Source of the DNA: Acidobacteriota bacterium
Lineage (GTDB): Bacteria > Acidobacteriota > Thermoanaerobaculia > Multivoradales > JAHEKO01
Direction of reading: 5' to 3'
Assembly (NCBI GenBank): GCA_029263375.1
Contig: JAJCXP010000366.1
Location: 2,402-66,401 of the forward strand
DNA length: 64,000 nucleotides
Shown here one piece after another: positions 9,701-18,945 of this stretch. The first letter of the stretch is position 1; the number at the start of each line of letters is the position of its first letter. The notes beneath the pieces were generated by a model. It was given only the letters and a program-made list of their open reading frames with translations. It was not told the origin of the DNA and ran no database searches. A program made the position numbers and the translations under genes.

Positions 9701-11478
9701 AAGAGCCCCTAGGGCGTATCGACGGAGGAGCGGCCTACGTCGTCTGGGGATCCAGCACACTGTCGGAGGTCACAGAACTCACCTCCTCATCGGCAGGAGT
9801 CACCCAGATCTTCGGGCGGACGGACGAGGAACTCGGCTCTTGTGTCGCTGCGGGAGACGTGAACAACGACGGTTTCGATGACCTCATCATCGGAGCCGAG
9901 ACATTCGACGCCGGTACCGACGACAAGGCAGGAAGAGTGCTCATAGTCTACGGCGGGAACTCTCTTCCGGCCATGATCGATATGGAAGCGACATCAGTCG
10001 CGATGACCGAGATCCACGGCCCAGGCCCAACCCACTTCCTCGGCAGGAGTTGCTCCGTGGGCGATGTCAACGGTGACGGCTTCGCAGATGCGGTAGCTGG
10101 CGCCCCAAGCGTAGATATCGGTGGAGACAATGATGTGGGCAAGATCTTCATCGTCTACGGGTCGGCCACTTTGCCCGCGGTAGTCGATCTTGGGAGCGGC
10201 CCGAGCGGCGTTACGGAGATTCGTGGCGCAGGTCACCTAGATTCCATCGGCGACAGCCTGGGTGTCCTCGATCCGAACGCCGATGGTTATGGCGACTTGG
10301 CCTTCGATAGCAGTTTCGCAACTCCGACGAACGTCTTTGTGCTTTGGGGCAGTTCGTCACCACCGAGCTTCATCGACCTAGCGTCCTCGCATGCCGGTAC
10401 CACCAGGATCGAAGAGCCCGACAGCGAGTTGTGGACTGCTTTCGGTGAGAGCCTCGCAGGTGGGGACCTCGACGGCGACGGGGTGCAGGACCTCATCATC
10501 GGGGCTGAGGCGGCTGAATACAACTGCAACGAGGATTGCGGGACAGTGTTTGTTCTATACGGCGACAACACCTTCAGTTCTCATGCCGTTATTGATCTGG
10601 GTGTGCCGCCTGGCACAGAGGCGGTGGCGGTGACGAGGATCCACGGGCTCGCAGATTTGGACTACCTAGGCAATGCCGTGAGTACGGGTGATGTCAACAA
10701 TGACGGATACTCAGACGCGCTCCTCGGAGCCCCTGCCTTTGGAGTGTCAGCGGGTGTCACCTTTGCCATCTTCGGTCGTCCTGAGTTGCGCCAGTTCGTA
10801 GAGGTCCCCCCGGACTACGCCGCGTTCGAGGGCACGCAGATCCTCGGAGTCGACGCCCTAGACGCGATGGGGGACGCTCAGGCGAGTGGAGACATTAACG
10901 GAGACGGTTTTGACGATGCCGTGATCGGCGCAAGCAACGCCGCCCCCGGAGGTGTCACAAACGCCGGTGAGGCTTACATCGTCTATGGCGGTGTCCGATC
11001 TCTCTCACCACCGTTCCGCACATTGACTGTGAACGTCCTTGGCAATGGCGGCGGCACCGTCGTAAGCACGCCTTCAGGAATCACCTGTACCGACTGGTGT
11101 GAGGCCCCTTACCTGGTGGGGTCGCAGCTCGACCTCGATGCAAGCGCTGATCCCGGTTCAGTGTTCGATCGGTGGCTCGGCGGCGGCTGCACGGGTTCTG
11201 CTGCGTGCAGTGTGATCATCGACTCGGACGTATTGATTGGCGCCCTTTTCATTGAGCCTGGCTCGTGTGGCGAAGCGGACACGCTCCACCTCCACGATCT
11301 GGCAATCGAGTCGACTGAAACATTCGAGGCTTGCACTGGGTTGTCTGCCGGCTCGGGGTTCAGCGTCGAGCCCGCGGGCGATGTGACACTTCGCTCGGGC
11401 GGCGGCGTGTCTCTCGAGAACGGCGTCATCGTCGAAGGCATGTTGGCGATCGAGATTGATCCCTCGCTACTGCCTTGA
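6733..11478 (+). CDS. giant secreted zinc metalloprotease (metzincin-type HExxHxxGxxH) with FN3/PKD-like and FG-GAP/VCBS repeats
   Basis: Signal peptide FVAALLGLCLPLAAAEA. HEIGHCLGVGHA zinc-binding motif. Repeated TYYF(Q/E)A..EN.AG modules. At least six GD(V/L/I)N(N/G)DG(F/Y).D..(I/L)GA repeats typical of FG-GAP. 1581 aa. Confidence 0.75.
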   Translation: MRRTREMEPLVASLPRKGFVAALLGLCLPLAAAEAGTYLCSVFDNACTPNGDEASIVHPQGYSGFGSSLDLSVCVRGVGPQEEAAVGPLQRAIDTWVQLTETRGNYLDVGASDVPAGTHDLESVFLHEIGHCLGVGHANIGTDAEISDGCPAICDGCDEEQYTASFCGNNDVWDFDSGQQDGIEGTFDDDRGDDVNVFWFNDNFNDPFFVINPVDGQTYTRDPSNLPSSHSAAAWGSLAYSQWRGLADTEAVMAARIGPGVAKRQLSADEVSTILFGRTGLDESVGTSDDYEIGIRYSSDPSDCDLEVEFIDDSLIEGLAQCSFTATELASDHYAITSSKIEVNQDIDWYTGEGTDGDPPDTATNPASGVTDDLAVLNGTVNPNGLSTEGWFVWDDDSFVDAFSTPRVSVGSGSSSVPIAYGLAALDCETTYYFQAWGENSAGLDSGTVRSFTTGTCGGGGGDEELITNGGFEPGSAGWELSGDFQADDRFSCTHSGSGYAYLALPDGSRGDNLHGELDQVVSIPAAADSPELSYFYSISTDDPSGQIEDAMVVWIYDEAGDTALEALATYSNLDAQNGCGSTFYDSAGPFDLSDYIGETIRVRFEAATDSRSGTGTVFRVDDVSLQAEIPPGSAPDVSTESADEITSHSANLNLQVTANGAATDVWFEWDDDPNLSNQTDSVAVSEDAVNHPVSIELSGLNCEETYYFEAFAWNVHGEDDGIQRSFTTGACPGGPPTADTDPAEAITSTSARLTAEILPNGLSTDAWFEWGETTSLGNLTPRQGVGSGTSWVDFDADLASLDCGTTYYFEAHAENSAGEDDGATHSFATHDCDPGNRPPQATGDSYSTPVDAPLSVAAPGVLGNDSDPDGDFLTADLTGDVLHGSLTLHPDGSFDYSPVAGYEGPDSFSYVANDGLLDSSPATVNISVGDASPIQWPDFIDLNTPPGTESVPTTRIYGDYEFGDFGAGVASGDFNNDGFMDALVSAENEEPLGRIDGGAAYVVWGSSTLSEVTELTSSSAGVTQIFGRTDEELGSCVAAGDVNNDGFDDLIIGAETFDAGTDDKAGRVLIVYGGNSLPAMIDMEATSVAMTEIHGPGPTHFLGRSCSVGDVNGDGFADAVAGAPSVDIGGDNDVGKIFIVYGSATLPAVVDLGSGPSGVTEIRGAGHLDSIGDSLGVLDPNADGYGDLAFDSSFATPTNVFVLWGSSSPPSFIDLASSHAGTTRIEEPDSELWTAFGESLAGGDLDGDGVQDLIIGAEAAEYNCNEDCGTVFVLYGDNTFSSHAVIDLGVPPGTEAVAVTRIHGLADLDYLGNAVSTGDVNNDGYSDALLGAPAFGVSAGVTFAIFGRPELRQFVEVPPDYAAFEGTQILGVDALDAMGDAQASGDINGDGFDDAVIGASNAAPGGVTNAGEAYIVYGGVRSLSPPFRTLTVNVLGNGGGTVVSTPSGITCTDWCEAPYLVGSQLDLDASADPGSVFDRWLGGGCTGSAACSVIIDSDVLIGALFIEPGSCGEADTLHLHDLAIESTETFEACTGLSAGSGFSVEPAGDVTLRSGGGVSLENGVIVEGMLAIEIDPSLLP

Positions 11479-11776
11479 AGCGGAGTCAATCCCGGTATTC
11501 TTGGGGTGGCCCACAAGATCGGGGTTGGTTAAGAACGCCGAGAATTCCAGTCTCCCCTGGCATCAGATCTGGAGCACGTCACCAGTGCGGCCGAGACCTA
11601 GGTGCACTCCAGCGGTACGGGCGGGCCTGTCTCTCCGCCCAGAGCCAGACAGTCTGTTGCTCGACGGCAGCTCGACAATGGGCAACGGTGCCTAGTACAC
11701 TCGCGCCACTTACTTAGCTGTCACTGAGATCTCTTAGGTTCCGCAGCCTGGTTCTGAAGGGCTGGGGGGGACAAGA

Positions 11777-12688
11777 TTGAAAGCCTTCAAGGGCGCGATT
11801 CTCGCATCGCTGAGTTTCACTATTGCGTTTTTCCTTTCCCTGACCGGCTGTATGGCGGGTCAAGCCGCTGGGGTCGAGGCGGATCGAGCCACAACGGCCT
11901 TGGTGCAGGCTGAAGAGCGAGCTCCGAGGGAGCACTGCGACCCGCAGCTGCTGGAAGAGACTAGAGGCGGCGCAAACGGGTACGGCGGATTCGGCGATGC
12001 CTGCCAAGGGTACTTCCGCGAGTTGTCTACAACGGAACCGCTCACCCCTATCTCGTTGCGGTCTCTGTACATCGTCCCCGAATCCGGTGAACCGCTAGAG
12101 GCCATCGCAAGGCGAGAGGGGCAGCGGGTCGTCTGGGTGAACGTCCCTGTCGCTGATGCTCGTCCGGTGATGATTCTGATTCAAGCTGGGAGCCACTCGG
12201 CGAACCGCGCCGGCTTCAGGAAGACCTGGGCAATGACTGCGTGCCGCGACGGGGCTTCCCCCGACCTGCTCTTCAACCGCGGAGAACTGCAGAACCTTAT
12301 GAGAAGGAGGCCACGAGGAACGGTCCACCTTGGGGCTCTTGCGACGACGCCCTCGTTCTGCGAGCCCGTTGAACCTGGCACTCGCCTCTATTTGCCAGTT
12401 GGTTTTCCGGAAAGCAAGGATGCTCATCCCGGCAGCAGCTTTGAAGCGGTTGTTGACTTCCACCCAAAGCCCCTATCCCGGCCCACCTTCCGCCTGCTGA
12501 GGGATAACGGAGATGCCCTAAATGGCTGTACGGATGACCTCAAGCTTGAAGAGAGCCTCGAGCTGCGAATCCGCTGCCCGCTCCCACGTTGCAGGAGCGT
12601 CTATTCTCTGGAAGTCGTCGTTGACCCCGCAACTGGCTCGGACATGGTATTCGAGCTCCTTCTCGGGCGAGAGAACTGCGGACAATGA
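11777..12688 (+). CDS. putative lipoprotein
   Basis: N-terminus MKAFKGAILASLSFTIAFFLSLTGC carries a lipobox-like L-T-G-C. Stop overlaps the start of the next gene (ATGA). Confidence 0.5.
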   Translation: MKAFKGAILASLSFTIAFFLSLTGCMAGQAAGVEADRATTALVQAEERAPREHCDPQLLEETRGGANGYGGFGDACQGYFRELSTTEPLTPISLRSLYIVPESGEPLEAIARREGQRVVWVNVPVADARPVMILIQAGSHSANRAGFRKTWAMTACRDGASPDLLFNRGELQNLMRRRPRGTVHLGALATTPSFCEPVEPGTRLYLPVGFPESKDAHPGSSFEAVVDFHPKPLSRPTFRLLRDNGDALNGCTDDLKLEESLELRIRCPLPRCRSVYSLEVVVDPATGSDMVFELLLGRENCGQ

Positions 12689-14481
12689 GTGGGCTCAAGC
12701 TCCTTCTAGTCATCGTCTTGCTCGTGTTTGCCACCACCGGGCTTCTGCTAGACCGCATTCGACCGAGAGCGGAGGCAATTCTGCTCGTCCCGAGTACTGC
12801 CGGCGGCACGGAAGTGGTCTTTGATATCGCACGGGAGGACATCCTTGAGTCGCCGACGGCCTTGGCGATTGGAACCGCCAATACCTCGGACATTCGTTGC
12901 ATTGACGGTGACCCTGAATGCAACCACGTTTGGCTACCGCCGCAGGGATCCCCTGCAACCACTCTCCGAGCCTTCCGGATCGTCGGGCCCGACCGCTTGG
13001 CACTCCGCCTGCCAGTCAGCGACCTTCGATACACGTTCCAAGAACCCGCTCGCCTGCTCATCGGACTCTCCAACGGGCGGGATGAACAGATCCAACTCTC
13101 ACCACACGGTAGCATCTCAGTTGCTCTATCACGTCAAGACCATTCGGTGCTCTTGCTGCGCGGTCACGTCACCGTTGGCGGGCCCTGCACTACTCACGCC
13201 CGCGTGACATTTCTTCACTTCCCGACGGTAATCCGCGATCTATCCAAGTGCCAATCTGGCTGGGCGCTCTCGAGCGAGCGACCGGCCACAGTCGAGTTGA
13301 CCACGGCTGACATGCAAATCCGAGCTTCGGCCGCGGACCTAACCATCGAAGGAGAGTCAATCATGCCATCGATGCTTGAGCGCCTAAGCGAGAGAGCTCC
13401 TCCATGGATAAACCTACTCGCCATCTTGGCTGGGTTGGTGACTGTCATTGGTGCTTTCCGTAACGCTGTCCGAACCATCGTGATCGCGATTGGTCTCGCC
13501 TCCCTACTTGGGTCAGCAGTAGAGGCGACGGGCATCGAGGACGGGAGCAAGCGCAGAATCAACGTTGAAAAATTCATCGTCGGCATAGGGGTAGACGGGT
13601 CAGTACGCGGTAGCGGGATTCTTATCGGTCAGGACCACATACTGACCGCCTACCATGTCCTTCATGAGAGCAACCCGACGGAAAACAGCCCCGTCATCTG
13701 CGTTCTATCCGCGCCAGTAATAGAGGGTCGTCTTACCCCATCTAACTGCGAGGACAAGGGTGCGACCGGCGAAATCGTGTATCGAAGTGAGGTCTACGAC
13801 TTGGCGGTCGTCAGAGCTTCTATCGCGTTCCCCGACGTTTCCGGCTTCAGATTCCTGGGCAGCAGCAGCCGCTGCGGTCCTGGCTGCCGAGTGCTGCTAT
13901 CCACGTACGACGATCCGTCGAAGCGGCTCTATAGCGACCCAGGGACCATCGCCGTCTCTTCCGGAGACAGGCTCACAATCGACTGGCCAAGTCTGACTGA
14001 GAGCCCGGGGTGGTCGGGCGGCGCGATTCTTGACAAGAAGCTACGACTGGTTGGCCTATACACCGAGGACGACTCGAGCGGACAGCAGAGCTTTGGAGTC
14101 CCATTTGACACGGTGCGGGCCATCCTCCCAGACGACATTCCAATGGAACACAAAGTCAAGCGGAAGCTGGATCGGTGGCTCGTCGCGGGCATCTTGGCAA
14201 CCATCGGCTCAGGCTACGTGCTAAACGAACGGAACGACGATCTCGATCGAGCAGTAAGCGGCATCGAGGTCATGCCGGCCGTTACGCGAGGTCAGGAGAT
14301 CATCCGGAATCGCGCGATCGCTGAGGTGCAGTCACTCGAATCTGAACGGGACATCTGGGCAGCTGTGACAGGCGTGGTGGTGACGGCATCGGCCACGTAC
14401 ATAACCACCAAATACCTGTGGCCTCGTTTTCGCACCTGGAAGAACAACTGCAAGAGAAGGTGGGTCAAGTGCAACTCATGA
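12685..14481 (+). CDS. membrane-anchored trypsin-like (S1 family) serine peptidase
   Basis: N-terminal TM LLLVIVLLVFATTGLLL. His-box GSGILIGQDHILTAYHVL. Ser-box SPGWSGGAIL (GDSGG-like). Additional TM segments near the C-terminus. Confidence 0.55.
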   Translation: MSGLKLLLVIVLLVFATTGLLLDRIRPRAEAILLVPSTAGGTEVVFDIAREDILESPTALAIGTANTSDIRCIDGDPECNHVWLPPQGSPATTLRAFRIVGPDRLALRLPVSDLRYTFQEPARLLIGLSNGRDEQIQLSPHGSISVALSRQDHSVLLLRGHVTVGGPCTTHARVTFLHFPTVIRDLSKCQSGWALSSERPATVELTTADMQIRASAADLTIEGESIMPSMLERLSERAPPWINLLAILAGLVTVIGAFRNAVRTIVIAIGLASLLGSAVEATGIEDGSKRRINVEKFIVGIGVDGSVRGSGILIGQDHILTAYHVLHESNPTENSPVICVLSAPVIEGRLTPSNCEDKGATGEIVYRSEVYDLAVVRASIAFPDVSGFRFLGSSSRCGPGCRVLLSTYDDPSKRLYSDPGTIAVSSGDRLTIDWPSLTESPGWSGGAILDKKLRLVGLYTEDDSSGQQSFGVPFDTVRAILPDDIPMEHKVKRKLDRWLVAGILATIGSGYVLNERNDDLDRAVSGIEVMPAVTRGQEIIRNRAIAEVQSLESERDIWAAVTGVVVTASATYITTKYLWPRFRTWKNNCKRRWVKCNS

Positions 14482-15320
14482 TCGACGGCGGAGTTTGTCT
14501 GCATTGGCGTCGCACGAGCCAGATCTCGTGGATCAACCTCTCCGTAGCATTGGTGATGCTGGGTGCCTCGGTCGGATGCAACTGGAATGACCTTCCCCCC
14601 ACGACGCCAGCCAGAACAGCGATGGCCACCCATGAAGGCAAGTGCTACGTCGATCCAGACTGCAACGCTGCACTGCGCGACGCTGGGACTGCACAGTGCG
14701 TTGGGAAGGACTCTTGCTCGGGTGTTTGGATGTGCCCGCCGCCTCTGGGCGTGGACATCGACCCGGTCACCGGCTGGGACTGCCCAGGGGCTGGCCAGGA
14801 GGACTGCGCGTACAGCGACGGTTGCTTCCTGGTGACCGGCAGCCCACTTCAACAATGCCGCAACGGTGTGTGCGTTGGTGACACATCAGTGTGCAGCGAG
14901 CGAATCAAGATCGACGAGTACATCTTTGGGGTAGCGATCAATAGCTGCAACTGCAACGAGGTGGACCCGGGGTCGGCTCCGGCAATAACCGAGTGCCGAG
15001 AGGAGCCTCCACCGCCTCCTCCCCCACCTCCTGGCCCGCCTGCGGCACCGGAAGCAGTCGTAGTCAGTCCTGTGTCGAGGAAGGCTATCGACGTGACTTG
15101 GCAGGACAAGTCAGACAACGAAAGGAAATTCAGAATTGAGCGGAAGCGAGGCGACGCCGGGCCCTTCCTCGTCGCGGGGGAAACTTCAGCCGACGACACC
15201 AGCTTCCGAGACACTGGCCTCGAGTGCGGAACCTCCTATGCCTACATCGTATTTGCCGTTAACCGCCGAGGTGAGACTCAGTCTACGAACGAGGATCGGA
15301 CCGAGACGAATCCGTGTTGA
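14478..15320 (+). CDS. Cys-rich exported protein with poly-Pro linker and C-terminal fibronectin type III domain
   Basis: ATG at 14478 overlaps the upstream stop (ATGA). Has LGASVGC lipobox-like motif, many Cys, a PPPPPPPPGPP stretch, and an FN3-like end (WQDKSD...GTSYAYIVFAVN). Confidence 0.5.
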   Translation: MIDGGVCLHWRRTSQISWINLSVALVMLGASVGCNWNDLPPTTPARTAMATHEGKCYVDPDCNAALRDAGTAQCVGKDSCSGVWMCPPPLGVDIDPVTGWDCPGAGQEDCAYSDGCFLVTGSPLQQCRNGVCVGDTSVCSERIKIDEYIFGVAINSCNCNEVDPGSAPAITECREEPPPPPPPPPGPPAAPEAVVVSPVSRKAIDVTWQDKSDNERKFRIERKRGDAGPFLVAGETSADDTSFRDTGLECGTSYAYIVFAVNRRGETQSTNEDRTETNPC

Positions 15321-15415
15321 CTGCCGACACTCACCTTTTCTTGATGACCGATGACGTGCTCCCCCCAACTCGGCCCGCTAGACTTTGAGCGATCGGGCCG
15401 CATGGGAGGAGCAAG

Positions 15416-15682
15416 ATGCGCAAGAGTCGCTACAGCGTGGAGAAGATCATCCGGGTGCTGCAGGAGGCGGAGTCCGGCAAGTCGGTGAAGGACGTCTGCC
15501 GGGAGCACGGGATCGCTTCCGGGACGTACTACGCCTGGAAAGCCAAGTACGGAGGGATGGACGTCAACGAGGCTCGCCGGCTCAAGGAGCTGGAGCTCGA
15601 GAACCGTCGTTTGAAGTCGGCGGTCGCCGAGCTGACGCTGGAGAAGCACGCGCTCAAAGACGCTCTGTCAAGAAAATGGTGA
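15416..15682 (+). CDS. IS3-family transposase OrfA (HTH)
   Basis: MRKSRYSVEKIIRVLQEAESGKSVKDVCREHGIASGTYYAWKAKY plus a leucine-zipper-like tail, as in the InsN/OrfA family. Confidence 0.85.
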   Translation: MRKSRYSVEKIIRVLQEAESGKSVKDVCREHGIASGTYYAWKAKYGGMDVNEARRLKELELENRRLKSAVAELTLEKHALKDALSRKW

Positions 15683-16567
15683 CGCCCGCGGCCCGGCGCA
15701 CGGCGGTGAGCCTCTTCCGGGATCGGCACGGTGTGAGCGAGCGTGGAGCGTGTCGGCTGGCGAGCTTTAGTCGCTCCTCGTACCGGCGCAAGAGTCTGCG
15801 TGCGGAAGCGGATCAGCCTCTTCGAGAGCGGCTCATGGAGCTCGCTTCAGAGCGGCCTCGCTTCGGCTATCGGCGTTCTGCACGTGATGCTCAGACGCGA
15901 GGGCTGGGAGATCAACCGCAAGCGTGTCTACCGGGTCTACCGCGAGATGGGCTTGGCCGTGAGGCGCAAGAAGCGCAAGCGCGTGGCTCAGGCGAACCGT
16001 CTGCCACGCGTGGTGCCGATCGCCCCGAACATCCAGTGGTCGATCGATTTCATGCGGGACACGCTTTCGAGCGGCCGGGTGTTTCGGACGCTCAACGTCG
16101 TCGACGATGCGACGCGAGAATGCCTGGCGATCGAGGTCGACACGTCGCTCTCGGGAGCCCGCACGGGCCGAGTGCTCAAACGCATCGCAGAGAAGCGAGG
16201 AAGCTACCCAAGCCGAATCGTGCTCGACAACGGACCTGAGTGCACGAGCAAGGCGCTGGATCAGTGGGCGTACAAGCGCGGCGTGGATCTGGCCTTCATC
16301 CGGCCCGGCAAGCCGATCGAAAACTGCTTCGTAGAGTCATTCAATGGGCGCTTCCGAGACGAGTGTCTCAACGTCCACTGGTTTCTGAGCCTCGACGAAG
16401 CGAGGCGGCGCATCGAGACCTGGCGCGTCGCCTACAACCACGTCCGCCCGCACAGCAGCCTCGGCTACGAGCCGCCCAGCCTGGTGGCCCAGGCGGGGCT
16501 TCAGCCGACTGCGTCGCCTGCAGCCCCGCCCGTTTCCCCCGCCCAAGGAGGGGTGACTCGAGGCTGA
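15670..16567 (+). pseudogene. IS3-family transposase OrfB (rve integrase core) interrupted by an extra frameshift near 15872
   Basis: OrfB N-terminus (VSERGACRLASFSRSSYRRK...RPRFGYRR) is in frame -1 relative to orfA, as expected. The continuation (IGVLHVMLRREGWEINRKRVYR... DDE core with IQWSIDFM, LDNGPE, RPH) is in a different frame. So two shifts are needed to read it. Confidence 0.65.
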
Positions 16568-17018
16568 TGAAAGTTCAGAATTCCAGAAGCCCGTGGTGTC
16601 AGACCGGGGAGCACGTCACGTCGAGCACTACCACCGCGAGAGAAACCACGAGGGACTCGACAACCAGCTGCTGGAACGCGCGTCACCACCAGCGAACCTG
16701 GACGGCGAAGTTCATCGACGTCGACGCCTCGTTGGACTACTCAGCTCCTACCATCGCGATGCCGCGTGAGCCTTCGGCTCATTATTCGCACCCTACGGGG
16801 TGCGAATCGCCGGAAGGTGGCCACGCACGCCATCGCAGTTCCTGGCTGAGATGGGCCTAAGCCCCTAGCTTTGGGAGTTCTGTGTGGACCGCTCTGCACC
16901 CCGCGGCTTGCCACGCCCTCCGCTTGGCCTGGCGCGATGGGGTTATCCACTGTCCACGCTTTGACCTCCTCTGCATGCTCACGCCATCGGTCACGCGAGA
17001 TTCACACTTGGAGAGTAG

Positions 17019-18131
17019 CTATGCAGCCTCTCTCTTCGAGCCAGATTCACTATCGGTAAGGATCCGCTGTGCTTCTTCCATCACAAAAACTCCCATCGGG
17101 TCGACCGGCGCGCTGATCGTCCCGCGCACCTCGTGGAAATACCAATTGCAATCGTCCCATCGTGTTCGCCAGTAAGCGTACCCATCCGGATCGAGTATGT
17201 CCCGTTGAATCTGGTCTGGCGACAGAGGATAGTGCTCGTAGTTTTGCCAAAAAACTTTAAAGTCGGCAGTTGTCATTCCGGCCCCAGTCTGGGTGTTCAG
17301 AACTGAAAGAACGATCTCGGCGCCCGCGTCAACATCATCTTCGACGAAGTTGGCTATCTGAAACCAAACACGTACAAGGCCCTGCAGCACGTTCTCATGC
17401 TTCTCGAGGTACTGCCTCGTAGTTACGATCCCGTTGATCGGAGGAGGCGCCAAATCAGCACCGATCACGATTGCCTTCATGCCTTCCTGGGTCGCACGCG
17501 TTCGCTGTGGTATGCCACCTAGATAGAAGTCTCCGGTTCCTCCCAGGAAAGCGGCAAGACCCTCATCCGGACCCAAGTCAATTACGTTCACATCCGCCAT
17601 GAAATCGAGTCCGGCTCGGTACGCTGCCCCAAGAACGGCCTGCTCCATATCAGTGCTGCTCGTAGTAATGACCGTTCTTCCGCTGAGTTGCGCAATAGCC
17701 CGACGGACTGCGATCTGGCGGTCAACACCTTGCGCCACGAGCTCCTCCACGGACTCGAATTCCGGGCGTGCCATCAGAGCGGCTCCCGCATCGAATATGT
17801 TGAAGCCGTAGTAGTAAACAAATTCCGGCCAGCTCTCATGAGTGGCGATGATTGAGGAAATGTTGTTAATCGCGACGTCGATCTCGCCCGCTGCGAGCGC
17901 TTCTTGCACCTCCGACCAGCCGAGGACCACGAACTCCACGTCGAGGCCTTCGTCCTCATACCAGCCCTTTTCTTCTCCAATGATGGGTAGAAGTGTGTCC
18001 TGGAATGGCGAGACACCAAACCTCACCTTCGTAAGCTCGATCGCTGAGCTCTCTTCAGCCTTCGGCCCGCAAGCTGCCGAGACCAAGACAAGCGTCAGCA
18101 ACCATCCTAGTGCGAATAGTCTCCTGTTCAT
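17019..18131 (-). CDS. ABC transporter substrate-binding lipoprotein (NMT1/SsuA/TauA-like, NitT/TauT family)
   Basis: Lipoprotein signal LVSAACG. The fold looks like a periplasmic binding protein. First gene of an SBP-permease-ATPase operon. Confidence 0.7.
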   Translation of the reverse strand: MNRRLFALGWLLTLVLVSAACGPKAEESSAIELTKVRFGVSPFQDTLLPIIGEEKGWYEDEGLDVEFVVLGWSEVQEALAAGEIDVAINNISSIIATHESWPEFVYYYGFNIFDAGAALMARPEFESVEELVAQGVDRQIAVRRAIAQLSGRTVITTSSTDMEQAVLGAAYRAGLDFMADVNVIDLGPDEGLAAFLGGTGDFYLGGIPQRTRATQEGMKAIVIGADLAPPPINGIVTTRQYLEKHENVLQGLVRVWFQIANFVEDDVDAGAEIVLSVLNTQTGAGMTTADFKVFWQNYEHYPLSPDQIQRDILDPDGYAYWRTRWDDCNWYFHEVRGTISAPVDPMGVFVMEEAQRILTDSESGSKREAA

Positions 18132-18156
18132 CTCACGTCTCCTTTTTCTAAGCTGT

Positions 18157-18945
18157 TCAACGATCTTGGCTGCGGCCAGACCATAGAGTGAGTCGATCGG
18201 TTAGGAGCCGTAGAGCGCGGTCTACCGCCCAGGCTTCGACTCCTATGATTACAAGGCAGAGAAGAATCATGTCGGTGTTTAGACTTCGTCGAGCCACCAT
18301 GACCAGGAATCCAAGGCCCGTTTGAGCACCCATCAACTCTGCGGCAACGGTGAGTGCGAATGAGAGACCTAGGCTCACGCGAAGTGCTCCCACTGACTCC
18401 GGCAGAATTGCAGGCAGGAAGACGGTCCGGTAGGCGTAGGATTGGCTCGCACCAAGTGAACGAGCCGCGTCGATTAACCGCGGCTGAACATTCCTGGCGG
18501 CCTCGATTGACGCCACCGTGAGCGTCATCATGCAACCCAGCCCAGCCAGAATGATCTTTCCGGTGTTGCCAAGCCCGAACCAGAGGATAAAGAACGGGAT
18601 GAGCGCTACGACCGGCAGAGGTCGGAGGCCTTCGACAATTGGCTCGAACAGACCGAAGACTATTTGATACCGGGACATCAGGAGTCCCAAGGCCAGTCCC
18701 ATCAGGGACCCAATCATGAAGCTCGCGAGAACTCGTGCCAAAGTAACGCTGGCGTGAAGCAACAGAGTCTCGCGGACCAGCAGAAGCCGATCGACCAAGG
18801 CCTCTGGGCTTGGGAAAAAGAGTGGCTGCACCACTTGGAACCGCTGGGTCAGCAAGTACCAAGCTAGCCCAAGACTCAGAACGGTGGCCAAGCTCGCTAC
18901 TCTGCGTGGCATACCGCGAGAAGGCCTATCGTTCATCTTCAACAC
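18157..18945 (-). CDS. ABC transporter permease (binding-protein-dependent inner membrane component)
   Basis: Six hydrophobic segments. EAA-like loop region (IEAARNVQPRLIDAARSLGAS). Overlaps the downstream ATPase gene. Confidence 0.8.
   Translation of the reverse strand: MLKMNDRPSRGMPRRVASLATVLSLGLAWYLLTQRFQVVQPLFFPSPEALVDRLLLVRETLLLHASVTLARVLASFMIGSLMGLALGLLMSRYQIVFGLFEPIVEGLRPLPVVALIPFFILWFGLGNTGKIILAGLGCMMTLTVASIEAARNVQPRLIDAARSLGASQSYAYRTVFLPAILPESVGALRVSLGLSFALTVAAELMGAQTGLGFLVMVARRSLNTDMILLCLVIIGVEAWAVDRALRLLTDRLTLWSGRSQDR

Larger units (their letters stand above)
15345..16622 (+). mobile_element. IS3-family insertion sequence (~1.28 kb) with imperfect terminal inverted repeats
   Basis: Left end TGACCGATGACGTGCTCCCC and right end GGGGAGCACGTCACGTCG are inverted copies of each other. 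orfA (HTH) and orfB (DDE/rve) lie between them. Confidence 0.75.

Noticed and set aside
7047-11516. Many 60-150 aa ORFs on both strands inside the 1581-aa metalloprotease gene
   Set aside because: Nested in a gene with strong internal repeat and domain evidence. The frames are spurious, produced by the high GC.
16240-16860. 206-aa ORF spanning the IS3 right end
   Set aside because: Crosses the IS inverted repeat, overlaps orfB in another frame and has a low-complexity translation.
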